NCBI RefSeq assembly: GCF_039541115.1
Contig: NZ_BAABFP010000008.1
Location: forward strand, 496,001 to 560,000
Direction of reading: 5' to 3'
Length of the DNA: 64,000 nt
From: Angustibacter luteus
GTDB taxonomy: Bacteria > Actinomycetota > Actinomycetes > Actinomycetales > Angustibacteraceae
The position numbers and the translations under genes were made by a program. The notes beneath the pieces were generated by a model that was not told the origin of the DNA, searched no databases, and was given only the letters and a program-made list of their open reading frames with translations. Positions 31,586-41,773 of the stretch are shown here, piece after piece (position 1 is the first letter of the stretch; every line of letters starts with the position of its first letter).

Positions 31586-33264
31586 TGCGCCGCCCGGCGC
31601 TGGAACGCTGCGACGGCCGTCTGCACGTCCGGCTGGAGCTTGCCGGCCGCCACCCACTCCTGCCAGAGCGGGGTGCGCTGCGCCTTCTCCTTCGCCCGCG
31701 GTGGCATGCCGGCGATCCAGAGGTCGACGTCCTCGCGTCGCAGCTCGCGGTCCAGCTCGAGGAACACGTCCATCACGTACAGCGTGGTGGTGAACGTCCG
31801 GCTGACGTCGACCACCAGCACCTGCGGCTTCGGCTCGGCCCCCTCGACCCGGAGGTTGAGCTCGGATTGCAGGGCCCGGATGTTGCCCGTGAACATCACG
31901 TTCTCGACCCGCAGGACCAGCACCCCGTGCACCGCCTCGTCGCCCTCCCCACCCGCGTGCAGCGTGCCGTCCGGGCGCCGGTGCAGCTCACTGATGTGCA
32001 TGTGCGACAGCGACCTCAGCACCAGCAGGTAGGTGATCACCACGCCGGCCAGGACGCCGACCAGCAGGTTGGTGAGCAACGCGATCACACCCGCGGCCAG
32101 GGCCAGACCGAACTCGGTGCGGTCGATCCGCCAGGCCCGGCGCAGGTCGGTGGTCTGGATCAGACCGGTCACGGCCACCAGCACGACAGCACCGAGGGTG
32201 GCCTGGGGCATCTCGCTGAGCAGGGGCGCCAGGAACAGGGACGTCAGGACTGCGAGCGCAACCGTGGCCAGCTGGCTCACCTGGGTGCGCGCCCCGGCGC
32301 TCACGTTGACCAGCGTCTGCGAGAACCCGCCCGCCACCGGGACCGTGCCGAAGAACGAGCCGGCGACCGACCCGGCGCCCGTGGCGATGAACTCCTGGTC
32401 GTTGACGAGCTGCGGGTCGTCCGGCTGACGCGTGCTGCGCGCCACGGACACGCTCTCCAGCAACGCCATCAGCGCGATCCCGGCCGCGTAGGGAAGCAGT
32501 CCCGCGACGTGGTCGAGCCCGGGCAGCGACGGCGCGACGAGGCCGGTCGGCACCTCCGGGATCAGGGCCACCCCGTGCTCGTCCAGGTTCGCCACCAGGA
32601 CCAGCCCGATGCCGATCACGAGGGCCACCAGGGGCCCGGGCACCCGCGGCGCGACCCGACGCAGCACCAGGACGACCGCGACGGTCCCGAACCCCAGGAG
32701 CGCGGTCACCACGCTGACGTCGTCCAAGTGCTGCAGGACGTTGCGGATGTTGCTCAGGAACGAGTCGCCGGACGTGCTCAGACCCAGCAGCTTGGGCAGC
32801 TGGGCGGCGGCGATGGTCAGCCCTACCGCGACCTTGATGCCGAACAGCACGAGCTCGGACACGCACTCCACAATGAAGCCGAGCCGGAGCACGACGGCGA
32901 GCCACAGCAGAAGCCCCACCATCAGCGTGAGCGTCGCGGTGGCGGTCAGGGCCTGCGCGCCGGACACCCCAATGCCGGTCAGCGCGGCCGCGGTCAGCGC
33001 CACGATCGTGGACGAGGTGCTGAAGCTCATCCGGCGGGCCCCGCCGAGCAAGGCGTACACCGCCATCGGCACGATGCAGGTCTGCAAGCCTACCTGAACC
33101 GGTAGGCCGGCCACCGTGGCGTAGGCCATGGCCTGCGGGATGACGACGCCGCCGGCCGTGAGGCCGGCGACGACGTCCGGGCGAAGCCACTCCCGCTGGT
33201 ACTCGCGCAACCAACCCAGCGCTGGGACGAACCGCTCGATGCGCGTGGGCTGGCGCGCGGTCAC
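31582..33264 (-). CDS. SulP-family anion transporter with STAS domain
   Basis: DVVAGLT..IPQAMAYA, GARTQVS, STAS C-terminus. Confidence 0.93.
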   Translation of the reverse strand: MTARQPTRIERFVPALGWLREYQREWLRPDVVAGLTAGGVVIPQAMAYATVAGLPVQVGLQTCIVPMAVYALLGGARRMSFSTSSTIVALTAAALTGIGVSGAQALTATATLTLMVGLLLWLAVVLRLGFIVECVSELVLFGIKVAVGLTIAAAQLPKLLGLSTSGDSFLSNIRNVLQHLDDVSVVTALLGFGTVAVVLVLRRVAPRVPGPLVALVIGIGLVLVANLDEHGVALIPEVPTGLVAPSLPGLDHVAGLLPYAAGIALMALLESVSVARSTRQPDDPQLVNDQEFIATGAGSVAGSFFGTVPVAGGFSQTLVNVSAGARTQVSQLATVALAVLTSLFLAPLLSEMPQATLGAVVLVAVTGLIQTTDLRRAWRIDRTEFGLALAAGVIALLTNLLVGVLAGVVITYLLVLRSLSHMHISELHRRPDGTLHAGGEGDEAVHGVLVLRVENVMFTGNIRALQSELNLRVEGAEPKPQVLVVDVSRTFTTTLYVMDVFLELDRELRREDVDLWIAGMPPRAKEKAQRTPLWQEWVAAGKLQPDVQTAVAAFQRRAAQ

Positions 33265-33265
33265 C

Positions 33266-33667
33266 TCACTCCTGGTCCAGGCGCGTGGTCGCCAGGCCCC
33301 AGATGATGAAGACGTCGAGCGCGATGATGATGATGCCCCAGATCGGGTAGTACGGCAGCCACAGGAAGTTCGCGAGCGCCTGCAGCGACGCGAGGAAGAT
33401 GCCGACCGACCGCGCGAGGACGTTTCCGGTGAAGATCAGCAGCCCCGTCCCGGCGACGAGGATGCCCAGGATCAGGTGGATCCAACCCCACTGGCTGGCG
33501 TCGAAGGACACGAAGTAGTTCGGCGTCGTGACGAAGAAGTCCTTGCCGTTCACGATGGCGATCAGGCCCTGGAAGAACCCGAACACGCCGACCGTCAGCA
33601 GCAGGCAGCCCGCGAAGACGCTTGCGCCGCTGGCCCAGGGGCTCGATGTTGACCGGGTGTTGCTCAT
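33266..33667 (-). CDS. Four-TM actinobacterial membrane protein
   Basis: WGWIHLILG, LPYYPIWG; GGAGG RBS. Confidence 0.8.
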   Translation of the reverse strand: MSNTRSTSSPWASGASVFAGCLLLTVGVFGFFQGLIAIVNGKDFFVTTPNYFVSFDASQWGWIHLILGILVAGTGLLIFTGNVLARSVGIFLASLQALANFLWLPYYPIWGIIIIALDVFIIWGLATTRLDQE

Positions 33668-33742
33668 GCTTCCTCCGTGTGCTCGAACGGACTCATGGGC
33701 TCTTCGGGCCCGACAGCATCGTTCTCCCGTGGCCACTGCGGC

Positions 33743-33767
33743 CGCCTCACCCCCAACGGGTGAGGCG
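33743..33767. promoter_or_regulatory. Palindromic operator CGCCTCACCC-N5-GGGTGAGGCG
   Basis: Perfect 10-bp arms upstream of the membrane protein-sulP-sulP operon. Confidence 0.65.
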
Positions 33768-33800
33768 CGCGGCCCGCCGCCCCTCCCCTCTCGCGCACGC

Positions 33801-33871
33801 TTCCGCCACTGAGACCGGTTCTGCTGGCCGAAACTCGGCTTGGGCGGCGGAAACCGGCCTGAGCGGCGGAA
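33801..33871. repeat. Long imperfect intergenic hairpin
   Basis: TTCCGCCACTGAGACCGGTT... pairs imperfectly with ...AAACCGGCCTGAGCGGCGGAA. Confidence 0.6.
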
Positions 33872-33906
33872 CCGCGGGGTTGGGGGCGGGTAGGTGGGGC
33901 GGAGGA

Positions 33907-33939
33907 GTTCGCCGGGTGGTCACCGGCCCTTCACCTGGA
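33907..33939 (+). promoter_or_regulatory. PHO box (three 11-bp direct-repeat units)
   Basis: GTTCGCC 33907, GGTCACC 33918, CTTCACC 33929 at exact 11-nt period upstream of phoA. Confidence 0.75.
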
Positions 33940-34008
33940 CGGCGGCTGGATGCTTCCCCCGACTGGTCGGCTGAGCCCGTTCACGCTCCCGCGAAGAATT
34001 GGACGGAC

Positions 34009-35367
34009 ATGCGCTCACCTCGATCCCACCGCCGCCACGCTGTCATCGGACTGGCGACGGCTGCCCTCGTCGGCACCCCGCTGGTGGCCCTCGCCGCCGG
34101 CGCCCACAGCGACCACACCCAGGCCGCGCGCCAGGCCATCCAAGGCGGCAAGGCCCGCAACGTGATCCTGCTGATCGGCGACGGCATGGGCGACAGCGAG
34201 ATCACCAGCGCCCGCAACTACCAGGTCGGAGCGGCCGGCCGCCTCGCCCTGGACACGCTGCCGCTGAGCGGCGCCTACACGACGTACGCGGTGCGCAAGG
34301 ACAACCCGACGATCCCCGACTACGTCACGGACTCCGCCGCGTCCGGCACCGGCTGGTCGACCGGCCACAAGTCCTACAACGGCGCGATCTCGGTGACGCC
34401 GGACGGCAAGCCGGTCCCGACGATCCTCGAGCTGGCCAAGAAGGCCGGGTTCCGCACCGGTGACGTGACGACCGCCGAGCTGCAGGACGCCACCCCGGCG
34501 GTGCTGGGCTCGCACGTGGTGAGCCGGGACTGCAAGGGTCCGCAGTCGATGACCGCCTGCCCCACGAACGCGACCGAGAACGGTGGCGCCGGGTCGATCG
34601 CCGAGCAGCTGGTCCGGACCGCCCCCGACGTCTTGCTGGGTGGCGGCAAGCAGTACTTCGACCAGACCGTTCAGGCCGGCCGCTTCGCCGGGCTGAGCGT
34701 CCTGCAGCAGGCTCAGGTCGGCGGCTACCAGGTGGTCACGGACGCCGCCGGGCTGGCCGCCGCCAAGCCGAACGCGCCGATCCTGGGCACCTTCGCGAAG
34801 AACAACATGGACCTGGAGTGGGTCGGCCCGACGCCGACGAAGACCGGGACCGCCCCCTCGCGCTGCGAGGTGAACGCCGCTCGCACCGCCAGCCAGCCGC
34901 ACCTGGTGGACATGGCGAGCAAGGCGTTGCAGGTGCTGGACCGGCAGACCCGCACCAGCCGCAAGGGCTTCTTCCTGCAGATCGAGGGCGCCTCGATCGA
35001 CAAGCAGGACCACGCCGCCAACCCGTGCGGTCAGATCGGCGAGACCATCGCGTTCGACGCCGCGGTCAAGAAGGCCCTGGACTACCAGCGCTCGCACCGC
35101 GACACGCTCGTCGTGGTCACCGCCGACCACGGCCACACCAGCCAGATCGTGGAGGGCCCGACCGAGGGCGTCACCGCGACGCTGCGCACCAACGAGGGCG
35201 GCGACCTGACGATCAGCTACGCCACGGCACCGATCACCGGTTCGCAGCAGCACACCGGCACCGAGGTGCGGATCGCGGCAGGCGGACCGCAGGCGGCGAA
35301 CGTGCTCGGGGTCACCGACCAGACCGAGCTGTTCTTCACCATGCGCCGGGCCCTCGGCCTGGGCTGA
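34009..35367 (+). CDS. phoA: Alkaline phosphatase (PhoA family)
   Basis: NVILLIGDGMG, VTDSAAS, EGASIDKQDH, VTADHGH, QQHTG. Confidence 0.93.
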   Translation: MRSPRSHRRHAVIGLATAALVGTPLVALAAGAHSDHTQAARQAIQGGKARNVILLIGDGMGDSEITSARNYQVGAAGRLALDTLPLSGAYTTYAVRKDNPTIPDYVTDSAASGTGWSTGHKSYNGAISVTPDGKPVPTILELAKKAGFRTGDVTTAELQDATPAVLGSHVVSRDCKGPQSMTACPTNATENGGAGSIAEQLVRTAPDVLLGGGKQYFDQTVQAGRFAGLSVLQQAQVGGYQVVTDAAGLAAAKPNAPILGTFAKNNMDLEWVGPTPTKTGTAPSRCEVNAARTASQPHLVDMASKALQVLDRQTRTSRKGFFLQIEGASIDKQDHAANPCGQIGETIAFDAAVKKALDYQRSHRDTLVVVTADHGHTSQIVEGPTEGVTATLRTNEGGDLTISYATAPITGSQQHTGTEVRIAAGGPQAANVLGVTDQTELFFTMRRALGLG

Positions 35368-35371
35368 TCGA

Positions 35372-37744
35372 TCAGGCGGAGATCCGGTTCCGACCGGAGA
35401 CCTTGGCCCGGTAGAGCGCCTCGTCCGCCCGGGCCAGGCAGCCCGCCAACGGCTCGACCCCGTCCCAGGTGGCCAGACCGAACGAGCAGGTCTGGCCGCC
35501 TGGGACGTTGCGGCGCAGGCGGTCCAGGGCGATCCGGGCCTCGTCGGAGTTGCTGCCGGGCAGCGCGATCGCGAACTCCTCGCCGCCCCAGCGGGCGACC
35601 AGGTCGATCTCGCGCAGCGACGACGTGGTGCGCTCGGCGAACTCGCGCAGCAGCTCGTCCCCGGCGTCGTGGCCATGGGTGTCGTTGTACTTCTTGAAGT
35701 GGTCCAGGTCGGCGACCGCGAGGGTCAACGACTCCCCGGTCCGCCGGACCCGCGCGGTGAGTGCGTCGAGTCGCTCGTACCAGCCCCGCCGGTTCACCAG
35801 CCCGGTCAGCGGGTCCGTGGTGGCGAGCGCCTGCAGCTGCTGGCGCAGCATGGCACCGGTCAGTGCAGCGCCGGTCTCGGCGGCGAGGGTGGCGACCAGG
35901 GACGCGATCCGCGGGTCCAGTGACTCCGCCGGCTCGAGCCAGCCGATGAGCAGGATGGCCACCGTCTTGCCGTTGGCGATCACCGGCTCGCACAGGACGG
36001 CGCGCGTGTTGGACAGCTCGGACAGCGCCTTGCTGGCGGGCGAGAAGGCTCGGGCGTCCCCGATGAAGGCCGACTCACCGGTGCCGAAGACGAGTCCGGT
36101 CAGCGTGCCCTGACCCGTCGGGGTGCGGACGCCCATCGTGTCGATGCCCTCGCAGGCGGTGACGACGAGCTCGTCGCCGTCCGGCTCGACCAGCGCCACC
36201 GAGCCGGCGCCGACGAGGTCGCGCACGGCAGAGACCACCACGGGCCGCGGATCGGTGCCGGCCTGGGCGCAGCGGGCGACCTGCGCGACGGCGGTCAGGG
36301 TCTCGCGGGAGTCGCGCAGCTCCAGCTCGCTCTGCTTGCGCTCGGTCACGTCCTGGATGTGCGCGAGGGTCCAGTCCTGGCCCTCGGGGCCGTCGACCCT
36401 GGTCACGCTGAGCCAGACCCAGCGGATCTCGCCGCTCGGCCGGACGTAGCGCTTCTCCACGTGCACGGGCGCGCCGTTCGCATCGGCCAGCATGGTCCGC
36501 GCGCTGCGGTGGGCGCCGGCGTCGTCCGGGTGCGTGAAGGGCAGGGACGACGAGCCGCGGATCTGCGACTCGGAGCGGCCCAGCAGCCGGCAGAGCGCGT
36601 CGTTGGCCGCCACGAACAGCCCGTGCTCGTCGGACAGCCCGATGCCCACCGGCGAGTCCTCGAACATGCTCCGGAACCGGGCCTCGGACAGCGCGAGCCG
36701 CTCCTGGGTGCGGCTCAGCGCGGCCTGCTGCGCTCGCTCCTCGGTCACGTCGGCCATGGCCACGACCGCACCCAGCGCCGTCCCGTCCGGGGCGGTCAGG
36801 GCGCGACCGAAGCACAGCGCGCGGGTCGCCTTGCCACCCACGGGCGCGATCACGATCTCGATGTTCTCGACGTGGCCGTCCTCCAGGGCACGCATCAGCG
36901 GCACCTGGTCCAGCCTGAGCGGCGTCCGGCCGTCCACGTCGAACAGGTCGTAGCGCCGGGGCCACTCGTGCGGGGGGACGTCGTCCAGGACCTCGGTGCC
37001 GTGCCACTCGCGGGCGGCTTCGTTGAACACGGTCAGGCGGCCGTCCTGGTCGCACGCGACGATGCCGACCGCGACGCTGCCCAGGACCGCGTCGAGCAGC
37101 TCCTGCCGGGTCTCCAGCTCGCGGGCTGCCAGCTGGGCGAGGACCTGCTGGTCCTGCGCCTGCCGGGCCAGGTCGGCGCTGTGCCGGGCGGCCCGACGCT
37201 GCTCGAAGAGCCCGAGGACGACGGTCGCGACGTCCCGCAGGCTGGCGACCAGGTGCTCGTCGGGGTGGCCGGGCTCGCTGTCGAACGCGCACAGGGTGCC
37301 GAGCACGTGCTGGTCGGCGGTGACGAGCGGGATGGAGACGTAGAGCCGGACGTCGCCGAGCTCCCCGGTGACCCAGGGGTTCGCGGCGTACGCGGGGTCC
37401 CGCGTCGCGTCTGGGACGACGACCGGTCGGCCGGACAGGAAGTGCTGGCCGCACATGGAGTGCTCGCGCGCGCTGTCGCAACCGACGAAGCCGACGGTGG
37501 CCAGCTGTCGCTGGTGGTCGGCGTCGATCAGGTTCAGGGTCGCGTTCGGCAGTCCGCTGACCTGGACGGCGAGGCGCAGGACGGCGTCCAGCTCGGGCCA
37601 GCTGCCGGCAGCCAGCGGGACGTCGCTGAGCAGCCCGTACCCCTCGAGGGCGGCGAGTCTGGCGCGCTCACGCTCGTCGCCCACGCGGTCACCAACGGTC
37701 GAGCTCGGGGACACCGAGCCGGCTTGACCGGTGGAACTGTGCAC
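35372..37744 (-). CDS. GAF-PAS-PAS-GAF diguanylate cyclase
   Basis: TDPLTGLVNRR, DLDHFKKYND.HGH..GD, RWGGEEF. Confidence 0.93.
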   Translation of the reverse strand: MHSSTGQAGSVSPSSTVGDRVGDERERARLAALEGYGLLSDVPLAAGSWPELDAVLRLAVQVSGLPNATLNLIDADHQRQLATVGFVGCDSAREHSMCGQHFLSGRPVVVPDATRDPAYAANPWVTGELGDVRLYVSIPLVTADQHVLGTLCAFDSEPGHPDEHLVASLRDVATVVLGLFEQRRAARHSADLARQAQDQQVLAQLAARELETRQELLDAVLGSVAVGIVACDQDGRLTVFNEAAREWHGTEVLDDVPPHEWPRRYDLFDVDGRTPLRLDQVPLMRALEDGHVENIEIVIAPVGGKATRALCFGRALTAPDGTALGAVVAMADVTEERAQQAALSRTQERLALSEARFRSMFEDSPVGIGLSDEHGLFVAANDALCRLLGRSESQIRGSSSLPFTHPDDAGAHRSARTMLADANGAPVHVEKRYVRPSGEIRWVWLSVTRVDGPEGQDWTLAHIQDVTERKQSELELRDSRETLTAVAQVARCAQAGTDPRPVVVSAVRDLVGAGSVALVEPDGDELVVTACEGIDTMGVRTPTGQGTLTGLVFGTGESAFIGDARAFSPASKALSELSNTRAVLCEPVIANGKTVAILLIGWLEPAESLDPRIASLVATLAAETGAALTGAMLRQQLQALATTDPLTGLVNRRGWYERLDALTARVRRTGESLTLAVADLDHFKKYNDTHGHDAGDELLREFAERTTSSLREIDLVARWGGEEFAIALPGSNSDEARIALDRLRRNVPGGQTCSFGLATWDGVEPLAGCLARADEALYRAKVSGRNRISA

Positions 37745-37825
37745 GGACGTCCCTCCTGGACACCGATGACGCGGCGCGTCGACCGCCTTCGATATCGGCA
37801 GGTCGGCGCCGAGCCTGAAGATTCC

Positions 37826-39064
37826 TCACGTCCGCCACCCCCGCGCGAGGGCGGCGGCCATGGCGGGGGCGAGCGGCAGCCGCGGGACCAGGGTGGCCTG
37901 GACGGCGTGGTAGGCGTCTGGCTTGCCCGGCCAGACCGTCGCCGCGGGTCGGTTCTGCGCGTCCAGCTCGTGCTGCCAGCTGCCCGCGGCGCTGATCAGG
38001 AACTCCTGCACGTACGCCCACCAGCGGCCGAACCACTGCTGGTACGACGGGTCACCGGTGGCCTGGTACAACGCGGCTGCCGCACCGATCCCCTCGGCCA
38101 CCACCCAGTGCATGCGCTCGCGGACCACGGGGGCGCCGTCCCAGTCGACGGTGTAGACCAGCCCGGGGGCGCCGTCCACCGACCAGCCGTCGGCGACCGC
38201 CCGCTCGAAGAGCGCCTGGGCGGCCTGCACCATCCAGCCCGGCTCGCCGTCCGGGCCGGCGGCGAGCGCGGCGTCCAGCTGCAGCAGCAGCCGGGCCCAC
38301 TCCAGGCTGTGGCCGATGGTCGCGCCGTAGGGGCGGAACTGGTCGCCCGGGTTGTCCTTGGCGTAGTCCAGGTCGGGCGCCCAGGCGGTGTCGAAGTGCT
38401 CGGGCAGCCGCCAGCCGTGGTTGCGGGCCTCCCCGTTGATCAGCCGGTCGGCGATCCGGGCGGCGCGGTGCAGCCAGACGTCGTCACCGGTCGCGTCCGC
38501 CGCTGCGGTGAAGGCCTCGACGGCGTGCATGTTGGCATTGGCCCCGCGGTAGGGGTCGAGGGTCTGCCACGCGCCGTCCCAGACGTCGACGACGACGCCG
38601 GCTTCCTCGTCCCAGAAGTACCGCTCGACGACCTCGATGGCATCGGCGAGCAGCTGCTGCGCTCCGGGCCGTTGGGCCTGGACGGCGGTCGAGGCCGCGA
38701 GCAGGACGAACACGTGGTCGTAGGCGTGCTTCTCGTCGAGGACGGACTCACCGGACCCGTCGACCTGCGGCCACCACCCCCCGTGCTCGGTGTCGCGCAG
38801 CAGCCCGTCGAGGGCGGCGAACCCGCGGTCGCACAGGGCGTCGGCGCCGTCCACGCCCAGCAGGTGCGCGAGGCCGTAGACGTGCGTCATGCGCGCGTTG
38901 ATCCACAGGTGCAGCGGCTGGCTCGGATCCGGGACGCCGTCGTCGTCCATCCAGCCGAAGCCGCCGCGGGGGTCCACCGCCCCGGTGTAGAAGGCGAGCA
39001 GTCGCTTGCCCTCGGCGTCGAGCTCGGCGGAGGTGGGTGGGGCCGGTGCGGTGTCGTCGCTCAC
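37826..39064 (-). CDS. AGE-family sugar epimerase/isomerase (YihS-like)
   Basis: YDHVFVLLA, NANMHAVEA, GHSLEW, WQHELD, KPDAYHA. Confidence 0.9.
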   Translation of the reverse strand: MSDDTAPAPPTSAELDAEGKRLLAFYTGAVDPRGGFGWMDDDGVPDPSQPLHLWINARMTHVYGLAHLLGVDGADALCDRGFAALDGLLRDTEHGGWWPQVDGSGESVLDEKHAYDHVFVLLAASTAVQAQRPGAQQLLADAIEVVERYFWDEEAGVVVDVWDGAWQTLDPYRGANANMHAVEAFTAAADATGDDVWLHRAARIADRLINGEARNHGWRLPEHFDTAWAPDLDYAKDNPGDQFRPYGATIGHSLEWARLLLQLDAALAAGPDGEPGWMVQAAQALFERAVADGWSVDGAPGLVYTVDWDGAPVVRERMHWVVAEGIGAAAALYQATGDPSYQQWFGRWWAYVQEFLISAAGSWQHELDAQNRPAATVWPGKPDAYHAVQATLVPRLPLAPAMAAALARGWRT

Positions 39065-39121
39065 CCGCCCCATCCTGCTCCTCCCCGGGGTCACGTTTCC
39101 CGAAAGGTGCCATGACCACCC

Positions 39122-39175
39122 TTGACGTGTCGCCGGACGGGGGCCTACCTTGCGCTACTGCCAAGAAAGTTTCCT
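39122..39175 (+). promoter_or_regulatory. Promoter plus CsnR-type ROK operator
   Basis: TTGACG 39122-39127, TACCTT 39146-39151, operator AAGAAAGTTTCCT 39163-39175 (one mismatch to AGGAAANTTTCCT). Confidence 0.7.
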
Positions 39176-39191
39176 ACTAGATAGGAACCGC

Positions 39192-40412
39192 GTGACCGCC
39201 TCCTTCGCCGCCGGGCCTCCTGGCCTGCTGCGCGCCCTGAACGCCCGAGCCGTCCTGGAGACCGTGGCGACCCTGGGGCCGACCACCCGCGCGGACGTCG
39301 CCGCGGCGACGCAGCTCTCCAAGCCGACCGTTGCGGCCTGCCTGGCCTCGCTGGTCGAGCGCGGTGCGGTCCAGGAGGACGGCGCGGTCAGCGGCCGCAA
39401 GGGCCCGGCGGCGACGCTGTACCGCCTTGCGCCACAGGCGGTCTGGGCGATCGGGCTGGACATCGGACACGACCGGCTGCGCGGCGCCCTGGTGGACGCG
39501 GCGGGCACGGAACGCGGGCACGTGGACGTCCCGGTGCGCCGACGCCGGGCCGCCCTGACCCGGCAGGTGCGCGAGGTGTGCGAGCGCCTGGCGGGCACCG
39601 CCGGCATCACGCTGGGCGAGGTGCACCACGTCGTCGTCGGCGTCCCCGGCGCCGTCGGGTCGGACGGCACCCTGGCGTTCGCGGACGCGCTCCCCCAGGA
39701 CGGCGAGGGGCTGGTTGCGGCACTGCGGGCTCAGCTGCCCGTCCCGGTGACCTTCGACAACGACGTCAACCTGGCGGCCCTCGCCGAGCTCGCCGCGCAG
39801 CCCGACGTCGAGGACTTCGTGCTGGTCAGCGTCGGTGCGGGCATCGGAGCGGGCCTGGTGATCGGCGGCCGGGTGCACCGCGGCGTCGGCGGGGCGGCCG
39901 GCGAGGTCGGCTTCCTGCCCGGCTGCGCGTCCGACGTCCGGCACTCCCCCCAGATGATCGAGCACGAGGTGGGCGGCGAGGTGGTCTCCCGGCTCGCCCG
40001 CGAGGCCGGCATCCCTGGCGACCCTGGCGCCCGCGCCGTCTTCGAGCTGGCCCGCAGCGGCGACCCTGTCGCGCGCGCCGCGGTCGACGCCACCGCCCGG
40101 GGGATCGCGTACGTCGTCGCCTGCCTGGTCGCCGTGCTGAACCCCTCGCGCGTCGTCATCGGGGGCTCGGTCGGCAGCAACGCCGACCTGCTGCTGGACC
40201 CGGTGCGTCAGCATCTGTCCGCATTCACGACCTTGCGCGTGCCCGTGGTCGCGTCGTCGGTCGGCGTCCAAGCGGTGCTCCACGGCTCCCTGGCCATGGC
40301 GGCCGGCCTGGCGCGCGAGTCCGCCTTCGCCGCGTTCACGGGTGCCCCCATCGAGCACGCCGTCCCGCAGAACCAGCCCGCCCCGCAGCACCTCGTCGCC
40401 CAGGAGTCCTGA
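39192..40412 (+). CDS. csnR: ROK-family transcriptional repressor (CsnR-like)
   Basis: HTH (TRADVA..LSKPTV), DNDVNLAALAE, GAAGEVG; operon order matches Streptomyces csnREFGHK. Confidence 0.7.
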   Translation: MTASFAAGPPGLLRALNARAVLETVATLGPTTRADVAAATQLSKPTVAACLASLVERGAVQEDGAVSGRKGPAATLYRLAPQAVWAIGLDIGHDRLRGALVDAAGTERGHVDVPVRRRRAALTRQVREVCERLAGTAGITLGEVHHVVVGVPGAVGSDGTLAFADALPQDGEGLVAALRAQLPVPVTFDNDVNLAALAELAAQPDVEDFVLVSVGAGIGAGLVIGGRVHRGVGGAAGEVGFLPGCASDVRHSPQMIEHEVGGEVVSRLAREAGIPGDPGARAVFELARSGDPVARAAVDATARGIAYVVACLVAVLNPSRVVIGGSVGSNADLLLDPVRQHLSAFTTLRVPVVASSVGVQAVLHGSLAMAAGLARESAFAAFTGAPIEHAVPQNQPAPQHLVAQES

Positions 40413-41773
40413 TGCCCAGCACCGCCCGCCGATCCACGTCCCTCCTGCTGGTCGCCGCCTCGGCGGCCGGCGCCCTCGCCCTGGCCGCCTGCACGTCGTC
40501 CGGTGCAGACGCATCCGGTCCGCAGACGGCCATCGCGACCACCGACAAGCACGAGCCCACCACCATCACCGTGTGGACGTTCAACCACCTGCCGCAAGAG
40601 GTGAAGGCGTTCGAGGGCGCGCTGGCCCGGCTGCACACCACGTACCCGTGGCTCACCGTGAAGTTCGTGCCCAACAAGGACGACGCCGCCTTCGGCAAGG
40701 CCGTCGCCGCGGGTCAGGCGCCCGACGTGTTCGTCTCGCCGTCCCCCGACAACGTCGCGAAGTTCTGCTACAACGGCACCGTCGCCCCGCTGGACGAGTA
40801 CCTGAAGGCCGCGAAGGTGGACGTCGCCGCGACCTTCCCGCCGTCCGCGCTGGTGTACACGAAGTTCCAGGACAAGCAGTGCGCACTGCCGCTGCTGGTC
40901 GACGCGTACGGCCTGTTCTACAACAAGAAGATGCTCGCGGACGCCGGGGTGAACCCGCCCAAGACGCTGTCCGAGCTGACCGCCGCGGCCAAGAAGCTGA
41001 CCGTCAAGAACAAGGACGGCTCGATCAAGCGGTTCGGGTTCATCTCGCGCTCGGACTACAACAACAACTCCGCGCTGTACGACGGCGTGCAGGCGGGCAC
41101 CCAGTACTACGACGCGCGCGGCAAGGCGACGTTCGGCGCCGACCCGCGCTGGGCCCAGCTCATGCAGTGGGACAAGGACCTGAACGACTGGTACGGCAAC
41201 GGCCAGGTGTCGAAGTTCGTCGCGAAGTTCCAGCCGCACACCGACGACGCGAAGAACCCGCTGATCACCGGGGACGTCGCGATGGAGGTCGACGGCGAGT
41301 GGCACGTCGGTGAGATCGCGGACGCCAAGACCGACCTGGACTACGGCGTGGTGCCCGTGCCGGTGCTGGACGAGGTGAAGCAGACCTACGGCGCGGGCAG
41401 CGCGGTCGGCACCGTGGCCTACCTGCCGGCGGGCTCCAAGCACAAGCAGGAGGCGTTCTTCGCCCTGCAGCAGCTCACCACCGACACCGCGTTCCTGACC
41501 GGCCTGGCGGACACCGTCTACAACATCCCGAGCACCTTCGACTCACTGAAGGCCTGGGACAAGAAGGACGACGAGCACTGGGGTCCGCTGGTCGAGATCT
41601 TCGCCAACAAGGGCTCGTACTACAAGCAGCTCACGCCGGTCGGCAGCGAGGACGCCACCGTGTGGGGCACGGCCCGCCAGCAGTTCGAGACCGGGCACGC
41701 GACCGACCTGGGCAAGCTGCTCGACGAGACCGCCGGCAAGATCGACAAGCTCAACCAGGACGCGGTCGAATGA
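40412..41773 (+). CDS. Sugar ABC transporter substrate-binding lipoprotein (CsnE-like)
   Basis: Lipobox LAAC, APDVF, GLFYNKKML, DGEW. Confidence 0.9.
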   Translation: MPSTARRSTSLLLVAASAAGALALAACTSSGADASGPQTAIATTDKHEPTTITVWTFNHLPQEVKAFEGALARLHTTYPWLTVKFVPNKDDAAFGKAVAAGQAPDVFVSPSPDNVAKFCYNGTVAPLDEYLKAAKVDVAATFPPSALVYTKFQDKQCALPLLVDAYGLFYNKKMLADAGVNPPKTLSELTAAAKKLTVKNKDGSIKRFGFISRSDYNNNSALYDGVQAGTQYYDARGKATFGADPRWAQLMQWDKDLNDWYGNGQVSKFVAKFQPHTDDAKNPLITGDVAMEVDGEWHVGEIADAKTDLDYGVVPVPVLDEVKQTYGAGSAVGTVAYLPAGSKHKQEAFFALQQLTTDTAFLTGLADTVYNIPSTFDSLKAWDKKDDEHWGPLVEIFANKGSYYKQLTPVGSEDATVWGTARQQFETGHATDLGKLLDETAGKIDKLNQDAVE

